Source of the DNA: Flavobacteriales bacterium | GTDB taxonomy: Bacteria > Bacteroidota > Bacteroidia > Flavobacteriales_F > PHOS-HE28 | Reading direction: 5' to 3' | Assembly (NCBI GenBank): GCA_016704485.1 | Contig: JADJAA010000002.1 | Location: forward strand, 945,892-1,009,891 | Length of the DNA: 64,000 bases | Shown here: positions 10,304 to 19,519 of the stretch, one piece after another | How positions within the stretch are numbered: the stretch's first letter is position 1 | Layout: each line of letters starts with the position of its first letter | Notes under the pieces: model-generated | What the model was told of the DNA's origin: nothing | What the model saw: the letters and a program-made list of their open reading frames with translations, nothing else | Database searches by the model: none | Position numbers and translations under genes: made by a program

Positions 10304-10519
10304 TCAACGGTTCAACGCCCGCACCACCATCACGATCAGGCAGAACAGGAAAACGAAGATCGTGATCCGATTGATGCCGTGCATGAAGCGTACGCTGCCG
10401 TTCGGATCGGACTTGCCGAACAAAGTGCGTGGATCCAGATAATGCAGGACGCGTTTGATGAACATTATGACCCAAAGGTATGTCCAGAGCAAGTACTTTT
10501 CATTGGACCGACAAGGCAA
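10304..10519 (-). CDS. Possible small membrane protein (71 aa, one C-terminal TM helix)
   Basis: ORF convergent with aroE. It has a hydrophobic C-terminus (ITIFVFLFCLIVMVV) but no recognisable family. It could be spurious. Confidence 0.2.
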   Translation of the reverse strand: MPCRSNEKYLLWTYLWVIMFIKRVLHYLDPRTLFGKSDPNGSVRFMHGINRITIFVFLFCLIVMVVRALNR

Positions 10520-10556
10520 TCGCGTCTTGAAACGAATTTATTCTTCGCGAATTCCG

Positions 10557-10725
10557 TTTCTGTGACCCATACCGGGTCAACTAGGGACATGGGGCGATTC
10601 TTTATTTCTAATTTCTGTGACCCTTCTCAGGGTCGCGAAAAGCTCATGACGGACCCTGGAAGGGTCACAGAAATTAGACAAAGCCCCTGACAAGTGTGGA
10701 TTTCGACCCAGAATGGGTCGCAGTG
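10557..10725. repeat. Cluster of nested GACCC..GGGTC palindromes (REP/MITE-like or compound terminator)
   Basis: TTTCTGTGACCC occurs at 10557 and 10612. Its reverse complement GGGTCACAGAAA lies at 10662, giving a 13-bp outer stem. Inner hairpins are gaccct-tctc-agggtc, gaccct-ggaa-gggtc, gaccc-atacc-gggtc and gaccca-gaa-tgggtc. Confidence 0.6.
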
Positions 10726-10845
10726 CTTTAGTGGTGAATGATTTAAGAGGCGATAGCCCTGATCGCATCGATGAATGAACCAAGCCTTACCCGTACCTTC
10801 GCAGATCGCTCCTGCCAGCGCTGGTGGTGTTGAAAATAGAAAAGA

Positions 10846-12891
10846 ATGCCCTTCGAACTCATCTCAGAATTTCAGCCAACAGGCGATCAACCGGAGGCCA
10901 TAAAGCAATTGGTCGCAGGGCTGAATGAAGGCGTAACGGCACAAACACTCTTAGGCGTAACCGGTTCCGGGAAGACCTTCACCGTTGCGAACGTGATCGC
11001 CGAAGTGGATCGCCCAACGTTGATCCTGAGCCATAACAAGACCTTGGCAGCTCAGCTCTATGGGGAATTCAAGCATTTCTTTCCGAATGACAGCGTGGAG
11101 TATTTCGTAAGCTATTACGACTATTACCAACCAGAGGCATTCCTACCGACCACTGGCACCTACATTGAAAAGGACCTTAGCATCAATGACGAGATCGAAA
11201 AGTTGCGGTTGGCCACCACCAGTAGCCTACTCAGCGGGAAGCGGAACATCATCGTAGTTGCAAGTGTCAGCTGCATCTATGGCATCGGAAATCCTGCTGA
11301 ATTCCATAAGACGATCATTCATTTGAAAACGGGGCAGAAGGTTACCCGGAACGCCTTGCTCCACCTGTTCGTTTCTGCATTGTACAGTCGCAAGGACGTT
11401 GATCCTACCCGAGGCAACTTCCGTGTGCGTGGTGATGTTGTGGAGGTTTTCCTGGCGTATGCCGATGAAGGATTGCGCATCCATTTCTGGGGCGATGAGA
11501 TCGAACGCATGGAACGCTTCGATACACTGACGAACCGTACGATCGAAACACAGCAGGAAGTAACCGTTTACCCTGCCAACATCTTTGTAACGAGCAAGGA
11601 AACCATGACGAATGCGATCCATGCGATCCAAGCGGATATGGTGAAGCAGGTCGATTTCTTCAAAGAGATCGGCAAGCATTTGGAAGCAAAACGCCTCGAA
11701 GAACGCACGCTCTATGATCTTGAGATGATGCGCGAACTGGGGTATTGTTCCGGGATCGAGAACTACAGCCGCTATTTCGATCAACGTGAAGTTGGCCAAC
11801 GACCGTTCTGCTTATTGGACTACTTCCCGGACGATTTCCTCATGGTGATCGACGAGAGCCACGTGACCGTGAGCCAGGTCACTGCAATGTACGGTGGTGA
11901 TCGATCGCGCAAACTGAATTTGGTGGAATACGGATTCCGGTTACCGAGTGCGATGGACAATCGCCCTCTGAAATTCGAGGAATTCGAAGGGATGATGGGA
12001 CAGACCCTGTTCGTAAGTGCCACGCCTGCGGATTATGAGTTGGAGCGGAGTGAAGGCGTTATCGTGGAACAGGTGGTACGACCTACGGGGCTATTGGACC
12101 CACCGATCGAAGTTCGCCCAAGCAAGGACCAGATCGATGATCTATTGTATGAGATCCGGCAGCGTGCAGAAAAAGAAGAACGCGTGCTGGTGACGACATT
12201 GACCAAACGCATGGCCGAAGAATTGAATGAATTCCTTGGCAAGAACGGCGTGCGATCCAAGTATATCCATAGCGATGTTGAGACCTTGGAACGGATCGAG
12301 ATCTTACGCCAGCTCCGGTTGGGCATGTTCGATGTACTTGTTGGGGTGAACCTATTACGTGAGGGGTTGGACCTTCCGGAAGTAAGTCTGGTAGCTGTTC
12401 TGGACGCGGACAAGGAAGGGTTTCTGCGCAGCAATAGATCGCTCACACAAACAGCAGGACGTGCAGCGCGAAATGTGAACGGACGTGTGATCTTTTATGC
12501 GGACAAGATCACGAAGAGCATGCAACGCACCATGGACGATACCGACCGTAGGCGTGAAAAACAAATGGCTTACAACGAAGAGAACGGAATAACGCCAACA
12601 CAGATCAAACGTGACCGTGGCGATGTGATGAGACAGACTGCCGTAATCGACATCCATGATGCAGCGGGTCGCAGAGCGTACGTAGAGCCGGAAGAGTACA
12701 GTTTGGCTGCTGACCCTGTGGTTCAGTTCATGACGCAAGAGCAGATCACAAGGAACGTGGATCTATTGGAATTGCAAATGCGGAAAGCCTCCAAGGAACT
12801 TGACTTCATAGCAGCAGCACAATTACGGGATGACCTTTTCGCGATGCGGAAACTATTGAGCGAAAAGGAGAAGGCGTCCAAGGAAGATTGA
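10846..12891 (+). CDS. uvrB: Excinuclease ABC subunit B
   Basis: 681 aa. Walker A GVTGSGKT. YYDYYQPEA. Helicase motifs. C-terminal UVR domain. Confidence 0.95.
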   Translation: MPFELISEFQPTGDQPEAIKQLVAGLNEGVTAQTLLGVTGSGKTFTVANVIAEVDRPTLILSHNKTLAAQLYGEFKHFFPNDSVEYFVSYYDYYQPEAFLPTTGTYIEKDLSINDEIEKLRLATTSSLLSGKRNIIVVASVSCIYGIGNPAEFHKTIIHLKTGQKVTRNALLHLFVSALYSRKDVDPTRGNFRVRGDVVEVFLAYADEGLRIHFWGDEIERMERFDTLTNRTIETQQEVTVYPANIFVTSKETMTNAIHAIQADMVKQVDFFKEIGKHLEAKRLEERTLYDLEMMRELGYCSGIENYSRYFDQREVGQRPFCLLDYFPDDFLMVIDESHVTVSQVTAMYGGDRSRKLNLVEYGFRLPSAMDNRPLKFEEFEGMMGQTLFVSATPADYELERSEGVIVEQVVRPTGLLDPPIEVRPSKDQIDDLLYEIRQRAEKEERVLVTTLTKRMAEELNEFLGKNGVRSKYIHSDVETLERIEILRQLRLGMFDVLVGVNLLREGLDLPEVSLVAVLDADKEGFLRSNRSLTQTAGRAARNVNGRVIFYADKITKSMQRTMDDTDRRREKQMAYNEENGITPTQIKRDRGDVMRQTAVIDIHDAAGRRAYVEPEEYSLAADPVVQFMTQEQITRNVDLLELQMRKASKELDFIAAAQLRDDLFAMRKLLSEKEKASKED

Positions 12892-13026
12892 AGGATCGCA
12901 GATCGAAAGCGGGTCACATTTGTTACATTTGGATCTTCCGCACACTTCGGATCCATGTCACGTTTGGATCTGCAGCGCTGCTTTGCTCAGTTAATCATCT
13001 ACCCTCCTAATAACCGACCATAACAT

Positions 13027-14589
13027 ATGAAACTAGTTTACGCCCTCGCGATCTCGGCAGGAACCTTGAGCGCATTACCTGGAAATTCGCAGATCTCTTA
13101 TGGAGGTCATCCATACGGGATCACGCATACGGTGGATCTTGCTGAAGCGCCTCTGAGCGTGATGGCTGATGTGGATGCCGAAGCACTTATGGCGGTGGAT
13201 GCCGATCGTGCAGCACAAGGCATCAAAGGCCCTTATCGTTTCGGGTTCAACCACGCTACCGACCTTTCGTTGGAGAACAGCGGTGTTTGGCAAACGCTTT
13301 CCAATGGTGATCGCGTTTGGCGTTTGGCCATCCAATGCCCTGGTGCATTCAGCATCAACTTCGAATTCCACGATTACGTTATCCCTGAAGGCGCGCAAGT
13401 GTTCGTTTACAATGAACTTGGCGATGTACTAGGTGCTTTCGAGGAAGGTAGCAATGCGGGCAATACGATACTAGGAGTAACCCAATTGGCCGGTGAAAAG
13501 ATCACGATCGAATATGTTGAACCTTTGGCAGTGCGCGGTCTTGGTCGTTTGATGGTGGGACAGGTAACTCATGGCTATCGTGATATCATGCACATGCAAA
13601 AAGGCCTTGGCGACAGTGGTTCTTGCAACAACAATGTGATCTGCCCTGTTGGTGATGACTGGCGCGACCAGATCAACAGTGTGGCCATGATAACTGTTGG
13701 TGGAAGCGGAATTTGTTCTGGTACGTTGATCAACAACTGCGCTGTTGACGGAACACCTTACTTTCTTACTGCGAACCATTGCTTGGGCGGAGAGACCTCG
13801 TGGGTCTTCCGTTTCAACTGGCAGAGCCCTAATTGCGTCGCCAACCAGAATGGCCCAACGAACCAGACCATCTCCGGTTCAACATTAAAGGCTAGCAGCG
13901 CCGGAAGTGACGTGGCATTGCTACAGATGAATGGTACGCCACCTGGAGCCTATGGTGTCTACTATTCAGGCTGGAATAATGGCACGACCGCTGCTTCCAA
14001 CGTTACGTGCATCCACCATCCTAGTGGTGATGTGAAGAAGATATCTTTCGAGAACCAAGCCGTGACCAGCGCAAGTTTTGGAGGTGCTCAATGCTGGCGC
14101 GTTGCAGCATGGGATGATGGAACCACCGAACCGGGTTCATCCGGCAGTGGACTATGGGATCAGAATAAGCGGCTCGTAGGCCAATTGTATGGTGGTCAAG
14201 CCGATTGCAGTAACAATGTCAATGACTATTTCGGTAGATTGAGTGTTAGTTTCCCGTTGATCAATACATGGTTGGGTAACTGCGGCACTACCTTGGATGG
14301 TTATGATCCATCGACCGTTGGCATCAATGACGTTGCTACCGATCTGGAATTGGAGGTATTACCGAACCCTACGACCGGTGTGCTTTCCGTTATGCTGCCA
14401 ACCACATTCCGGACCGGTGCAACGTTGAAGGTGTTCGATATGGTAGGTAAAGTGGTTCTTACTCGCATTGTTACCAACAACAAAGAGCGCATCAATTTGG
14501 ACCTAACGGACCGTAACGAAGGCGTTTATATCCTCCAGGTCGAGAACGGAACGACACGTGCAACTGAGCGGATCCTATTGACACACTAA
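13027..14589 (+). CDS. Secreted S1-family serine endopeptidase (lysyl-endopeptidase-like) with T9SS C-terminal sorting domain
   Basis: Signal peptide. Pro-region of about 170 aa. Catalytic triad in the order His-Asp-Ser: LTANHC (His), DVALLQ (Asp), GSSGSGLW (Ser). C-terminal LPNPTTGVLSV type-A T9SS sorting domain. Confidence 0.7.
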   Translation: MKLVYALAISAGTLSALPGNSQISYGGHPYGITHTVDLAEAPLSVMADVDAEALMAVDADRAAQGIKGPYRFGFNHATDLSLENSGVWQTLSNGDRVWRLAIQCPGAFSINFEFHDYVIPEGAQVFVYNELGDVLGAFEEGSNAGNTILGVTQLAGEKITIEYVEPLAVRGLGRLMVGQVTHGYRDIMHMQKGLGDSGSCNNNVICPVGDDWRDQINSVAMITVGGSGICSGTLINNCAVDGTPYFLTANHCLGGETSWVFRFNWQSPNCVANQNGPTNQTISGSTLKASSAGSDVALLQMNGTPPGAYGVYYSGWNNGTTAASNVTCIHHPSGDVKKISFENQAVTSASFGGAQCWRVAAWDDGTTEPGSSGSGLWDQNKRLVGQLYGGQADCSNNVNDYFGRLSVSFPLINTWLGNCGTTLDGYDPSTVGINDVATDLELEVLPNPTTGVLSVMLPTTFRTGATLKVFDMVGKVVLTRIVTNNKERINLDLTDRNEGVYILQVENGTTRATERILLTH

Positions 14590-14608
14590 GGCATTTCAAA
14601 TTCGCTGA

Positions 14609-14655
14609 ACCCGGCCCGAGTCCATTTTCATTGGTTCGGGCCGGTTTTATTTTGA
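14609..14655 (+). terminator. Rho-independent terminator
   Basis: Stem cccggcccga/tcgggccgg with a 16-nt loop, followed by TTTTATTTT, 20 nt after the stop of the first protease gene. Confidence 0.6.
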
Positions 14656-14697
14656 CCCGCCCTATCTTCACGATCCGAATCAACTACACGCACTACC

Positions 14698-16908
14698 ATG
14701 CTGAGACACACTACCCTCTTATTAAGTTCCATCCTTGCTTCCGGCCTCATGGCACAGATCTCCTATGGTGGCCGCGCACTTGGTCTGCAAGGTGATGTTC
14801 TTCCCGAGGCACCACTTGTGCGCATGCATACGGTTGATGTTGACGCATTGCTCGCCGAGGATGCTGCGCGCGAAGCAGCTGGGATCAAAGGGCCTTACCG
14901 ATATGGGTTCAATCATGCGGTTGACCTGAACACGGAGAACAGCGGTATTTGGCATACCCTGCGTGATGGTGATCGCGTATGGCGTATAAGCATTGAATGC
15001 CCCGGTGCGATTACGACCAATTTTCAATTCCACGATTACGTGGTGCCGGAAGGAGCACGCGTTTTCGTCTACAACACAGCAGGCTTGCAGTTGGGAGCTT
15101 ATACTGCGGACAGCAATCCGGGACACACGTCCATGGGAGTGCAGCAGATCCCTGGTGATCGGATCACGATCGAATACCATGAACCAGTTGCTGTCGCAGG
15201 GCAAGGGCGATTGATGATCGGACAAGTGACGCACGGCTATCGCGACCCGTTCAATTTTGCACGTGATCTTGGTGATAGTGGCAGTTGCAACATCAATGTG
15301 ATCTGCCCGGAAGGACTGGGTTGGGAAGATGAAGTACGCTCCGTTGCATTGATCGATGCAGGTGGTGGATATTGCACAGGTACCATGATCAACAATTGCG
15401 CGCAGGATAGCACACCCTACTTCCTTACCGCGAACCATTGCTTGGGCGGCGGCGTGGACAATTGGGTATTCCGATGGAACTGGAACAGCCCGACCTGTGA
15501 CCCTACCGAAGACGCACCACAGGACCAGACCATTGCAGGCAGTACACTGTTGGTGAACAGCGCTGGAACGGACGTTGCTTTATTGGAATTGAACAGCATT
15601 CCACCGGAAGAGTATGCCGTACACTACGCCGGATGGGACCATGGTCAGGACCCTGCAGAGACCATGACGGGGATCCATCATCCACGTGGCGATATCAAGA
15701 AGATCTCCCATTCGGATGGTCCTGCGATCACCGGCACTATGAGCGGTGCGGATTGCTGGCAAGTACAACTTTGGGCCGCCGGAACCACCGAGCCAGGCTC
15801 CAGTGGCAGTGGCCTTTGGAATCAGGACCATCGCTTGGTCGGGCAGCTTTTTGGTGGCGAAGCAGCGTGTGGGAATAGTGTGAATGACTTCTATGGAAAG
15901 CTCGTTACCAGCTGGCCCCTGCTTGAAGAATACTTGGGAGATTGTTCCGATACGCTGGATGGTTGGGACCTTGGCGAAACGGTTTTTATACCCGACACGA
16001 ATGATGCTGCCGTAACATCCATCGCCAACATCCCAACGCTCTTGTGCGGAACGGATTCCATCATTCCGCAGATCTCTTTAAAGAACAACAGCAACGTGGT
16101 GATGACCATGATGGACGTGATCTACGGTCTCGTCGGTGGAATTGAGGACACCTTGAATTGGACCGGTACACTTCAACCGGACCAAACGGTGATCCTCTTC
16201 CTACCAACGATCTACGTACCGAATGGCGAACAGATACTGAACGTCTCTGCCAGTATGCCGAACGGAATTCCGGATGCGAACTTGGATAACGACACATGGA
16301 GCTTTGCATTCACTGTTGTCTATCCGAGCGAGACCGTTATTCTGGCCCTGACCCCGGACAATTACGGTGCGGACATTACGTGGGAGATCACCAGCTCCAT
16401 TGGTACGGTGTTGTATGAAGGTGGCCCATACACCAACAACAACTCGGGCGTTACGGACTCACTGATGTTCTGCTTAACGGACACTTGTTACACGTTCACG
16501 ATCTACGATGAATTCGGTGACGGCATTTGTTGCGACGCGGGCGAAGGACATTATGAGATCTTCGGACTGTACGGCAACGAATACGCAAGCAGCGATGGCC
16601 AATACACGTTTCAGAACAGCAACTCCTTTTGTGTGAGTTTGGTAGGCATCAACGAACCAACGGACGCCGGTACACTGAACCTCTACCCGAACCCGACGAC
16701 CGGAAACCTCACCGTACAACTGGCCGGCATGGAAGGAAGAACGGAACTAACGCTCTTGGACAACACGGGCCGCATTGTGGAGCAACGGATTGTTAACGGA
16801 ACCAAGCAACTCACTCTTGACCTCAGCACATTGGCAGAAGGCCTGTACGCATTGCAAGCGCAACATGCCGGTGGCCGTGTGGTGCAGCAGGTGATGGTGG
16901 TTCGTTAG
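14698..16908 (+). CDS. Secreted S1-family serine endopeptidase paralog with extra middle domains and T9SS C-terminal sorting domain
   Basis: Same pro-region and catalytic motifs as 13027..14589, about 55-60% identical by eye. Extra ~200 aa with a Cys-rich segment. C-terminal LYPNPTTGNLTV T9SS sorting domain. Confidence 0.7.
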   Translation: MLRHTTLLLSSILASGLMAQISYGGRALGLQGDVLPEAPLVRMHTVDVDALLAEDAAREAAGIKGPYRYGFNHAVDLNTENSGIWHTLRDGDRVWRISIECPGAITTNFQFHDYVVPEGARVFVYNTAGLQLGAYTADSNPGHTSMGVQQIPGDRITIEYHEPVAVAGQGRLMIGQVTHGYRDPFNFARDLGDSGSCNINVICPEGLGWEDEVRSVALIDAGGGYCTGTMINNCAQDSTPYFLTANHCLGGGVDNWVFRWNWNSPTCDPTEDAPQDQTIAGSTLLVNSAGTDVALLELNSIPPEEYAVHYAGWDHGQDPAETMTGIHHPRGDIKKISHSDGPAITGTMSGADCWQVQLWAAGTTEPGSSGSGLWNQDHRLVGQLFGGEAACGNSVNDFYGKLVTSWPLLEEYLGDCSDTLDGWDLGETVFIPDTNDAAVTSIANIPTLLCGTDSIIPQISLKNNSNVVMTMMDVIYGLVGGIEDTLNWTGTLQPDQTVILFLPTIYVPNGEQILNVSASMPNGIPDANLDNDTWSFAFTVVYPSETVILALTPDNYGADITWEITSSIGTVLYEGGPYTNNNSGVTDSLMFCLTDTCYTFTIYDEFGDGICCDAGEGHYEIFGLYGNEYASSDGQYTFQNSNSFCVSLVGINEPTDAGTLNLYPNPTTGNLTVQLAGMEGRTELTLLDNTGRIVEQRIVNGTKQLTLDLSTLAEGLYALQAQHAGGRVVQQVMVVR

Positions 16909-16966
16909 GGATCGCCGGGACTTGTTTGTGAAAACAAGTGAGGGCTTGTAGGCAGGCTTATGTGAT

Positions 16967-17865
16967 TAGAAGGAATCTCAAAAATAAGCATTGCCTAAGT
17001 TATCTATGAACACTGGGCTTTGATCAACTTTTTAATGTTCCAGTTGATCTTCTTCTTTGGCGCAATGTACTTCGCTAAGAAAAGCGATGGACATCAGCGA
17101 CAAGCAATGGGAAGTGTTGGAAAAACCGCTTACAAGTATTTTTCATAAGAGCGAAACACGTGGCAGGCCCAGACAAGATCCACGTGCGGTGCTTAACGGG
17201 ATCTTGTGGATATGCCGGACCGGTGCACCATGGGCAGATCTACCTGGCAGATACCCGCCATACCAGACTTGCCATCGGTACCACAAACACTGGTGCAAGA
17301 GCGGTTCTTGGGATAAACTGCTGCATGCTCTTGCATCGGATCTACGCGATCGAGGAAGATCGACATTACCGAATGCTTTATCGATGGCACCTTCGCAAGT
17401 GCCAAAAAAAGGGGGCTTGTGTTGGACCTACTAAGAAAGGGAAAGGCACCAAGATCATGGCAGTCACAGACGCTGTTGGTATTCCTCTCACCGTACGGGC
17501 CTTTAGCGCCAGCACCCATGAAGTAAAGCTAGCCGATAGGACGATCCGTTCGTGTGCCATAAAGCCCAAACGTGTGATCGCCGACAGGGCGTACGACAGT
17601 GACAAACTAAGACGCACATTGAAGAAACGCGGAATCCAACTGGTATGTCCGCACAGGAGTAACAGAAAACGACAAGTGCATCAAGATGGACGGGAATTAC
17701 GGCGCTACAAACGCCGCTGGAAGGTCGAAAGGTTGTTCGCGTGGTTGTTTAACTCGCGCCGTACATTCGTTCGGTATGAATACCATGCAGACCTCTTCTT
17801 AGGCATGGTGCAGTTGGCTTGCGTAATGATAATTCTCAAAAGTTATTTTTGAGATGGCTTCTAGA
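16967..17865. mobile_element. IS5-family insertion sequence, copy A (~899 bp, about 21-bp imperfect terminal inverted repeats)
   Basis: Left end tagaagGAatctcaaaaataa. The right end's reverse complement is tagaagCCatctcaaaaataa. The whole segment recurs at 50627..51524. Confidence 0.8.
17057..17852 (+). pseudogene. IS5-family DDE transposase, disrupted by two indels (split into 125-aa and 230-aa ORFs)
   Basis: Relative to the intact 264-aa copy at 50717..51511, copy A has -1 (cgagg-aagatc) and +2 (A7 versus A5 run) indels at nt 17360-17415, plus an A-to-V change. Confidence 0.7.
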
Positions 17866-17970
17866 TACTTCATGTAAGTGCATAACATATTCGCCTATAA
17901 CAAACCCACTAGCAACCAGTTACAACAAACTGTCGACTTAGCAGAATAACACGCATTATGTGTTACATGA

Positions 17971-18660
17971 TTGTTGCCGCACATAGGAATGACGAACATC
18001 GAGCTTAGAAATATTGACCCTGAGGACATCGAAGACCTGCTCTTAGAAGTGGAGGCTTCGTTCGATATCAAATTCACGGATAACGAGCTTGCTCACGTAC
18101 GGACTTTCGGAGATATAATTGACCACATCAAGAGCAAGATTAAGCTCGTTAATACGGACGATTGCACAACTCAGCAAGCCTTTTACAAATTGCGGCGGGC
18201 AATATTTACAACGCTGCAAATTGACAAGGATAGGCTAACTCCTGATACTTTGCTCCAAGAGCTATTACCAAGGAAGACTAGAAAAACCGGAATAGAAAGT
18301 ATTGAACAAGCCTTAGGGTTCAAGTTATCAATCGTACGACCGCCTCATATCGTGACTGGCTTTCTGATAATACTTCTTTTAGGTTCTTTCATTGGACTGT
18401 TTTACAACTGGCTGTTTGGACTTGCTGGTCTTGGACTTGCAATTTGTGGATTATGGCTTGCATTAAAACCAGGAAACGAGCTTGACATTAAAACTGTAGG
18501 ACAACTTGCAGTGAAAATGACTAGAGAAAATTACTTAAAGTCCAGACGCAATCCCAAGACTTACAATAACACCGAAATAGAGAAAGTCCTGACCGATTGG
18601 TTCAGCTATGACTTCGGTATTGACAAGAGTAAGCTGACCAGAGAAGCTCGATTGACTTGA
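17971..18660 (+). CDS. Hypothetical protein: degenerate ACP-like N-terminal region fused to a 2-TM hairpin
   Basis: Residues 10-50 (DPEDIEDLLLEVEASFDIKFTDNELAHVRTFGDIIDHI) align to acyl-carrier-protein helices II-IV, but the DSL serine is replaced by Pro. Two TM helices at 120-165. Low-GC islet. Only TTG starts or an internal ATG are available. Confidence 0.4.
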   Translation: MLPHIGMTNIELRNIDPEDIEDLLLEVEASFDIKFTDNELAHVRTFGDIIDHIKSKIKLVNTDDCTTQQAFYKLRRAIFTTLQIDKDRLTPDTLLQELLPRKTRKTGIESIEQALGFKLSIVRPPHIVTGFLIILLLGSFIGLFYNWLFGLAGLGLAICGLWLALKPGNELDIKTVGQLAVKMTRENYLKSRRNPKTYNNTEIEKVLTDWFSYDFGIDKSKLTREARLT

Positions 18661-18827
18661 AAAAGAAATAAAACGATGCGGCAACAAAGGCTAAACCACA
18701 CGCCCAACCCTCCAACCGTTGCGCGATGCTTTAGCCAAACCGATATGTCATCGACCGGACCATAATTTAGTTCTTGATACGACGCTGACCCACTTGCTGA
18801 AAAGTTAATTATTATTTACCTTTGTCA

Positions 18828-19012
18828 ATGAAGTGTTCCGAAGCTTTACGAATACTGAAGAGGAATGGGTGGTATCCTGTTTCCAACAGGGTTCACATGT
18901 AAAACTGAAACATAATGAGATAGCTGGCACGATCATTTTTCCGGATCATGGCAGCCAGGAACTAGGACACGGACTACAGAAGAAGCTTTTCAAACAAGCG
19001 GGGATCAAATGA
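18828..19012 (+). pseudogene. hicA: hicA-like toxin gene with a frameshift near codon 22
   Basis: Frame 1 reads MKCSEALRILKRNGWYPVSNR then a stop. The -1 frame continues GSHVKLKHNEIAGTIIFPDHGSQELGHGLQKKLFKQAGIK. Together they match the HicA pattern (..NGW..V...GSH..F.HP..G..T.P.H...L..G.LK.ILKQAGL). Its stop overlaps the hicB ATG (ATGA). Confidence 0.55.
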
Positions 19013-19410
19013 TCAAAGAGATGAAGAAATTGAAAAAGAAGATAGACATCGTTGTAGAGAAAACAGCTACCGGATATTCGGCATACGCTGAAGACCAAGG
19101 AGCATTCACCACTTCTAAGAACATCCCTTCGCTCTACGAGAATCTATTGGAAGCACTTAATCTTCACTACGAAGAACATGGCTATTTGGTCACAGCTGAT
19201 AATCTGCGATTGAGGATGGACCTTCAACAGTTCTTCCAGTACTACAAGGTACTCAATGCAAACTTCCTAGCGAAACGGATCGGAATGAATCCAAGCCTGT
19301 TATCCCAGTATGTGCGAGGGAAGAAACAACCATCGAATAAACAGACCGAAAAGATCATGCACGGCATTCAGAATATCGGTATGGAATTGTCCTCGATCAA
19401 CTTTGTATGA
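19009..19410 (+). CDS. hicB: HicB-family antitoxin with C-terminal XRE-type HTH
   Basis: N-terminal IVVEKTATGYSAYAEDQGAFTTSKNIPSLYENLLEAL matches the HicB/UPF0150 fold pattern. C-terminal region is HTH-like (RIGMNPSLLSQYVRGKKQPS). Confidence 0.6.
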   Translation: MIKEMKKLKKKIDIVVEKTATGYSAYAEDQGAFTTSKNIPSLYENLLEALNLHYEEHGYLVTADNLRLRMDLQQFFQYYKVLNANFLAKRIGMNPSLLSQYVRGKKQPSNKQTEKIMHGIQNIGMELSSINFV

Positions 19411-19519
19411 ACGGATAAGAAAAGACCAACACGCAATAAGCTGTAATCGGCTTAGGCCGCATAGATCCCGCAACCGAGCCGAAACCTTATCCAAAAAGCC
19501 GATACATTCATGCGTTAGC

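Noticed and set aside
11227-11799. 190-aa minus-strand ORF inside uvrB
   Set aside because: The uvrB assignment is unambiguous, so the antisense ORF is spurious.
14722-15438. 238-aa minus-strand ORF
   Set aside because: It is antisense within the second protease gene, which has clear catalytic motifs and a T9SS domain. No independent support.
17057-17852. Programmed -1 frameshift between the two transposase ORFs of IS copy A
   Set aside because: The otherwise identical copy B encodes one continuous 264-aa transposase. Copy A differs by discrete indels (-1 and +2) rather than sharing a slippery site, so mutational decay is the simpler reading.
18921-18938. Sigma54-like -24 element TGGCACG within hicA
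   Set aside because: The -12 region is TTTT/TTTC rather than TTGC. It lies inside a coding region with no plausible downstream target.
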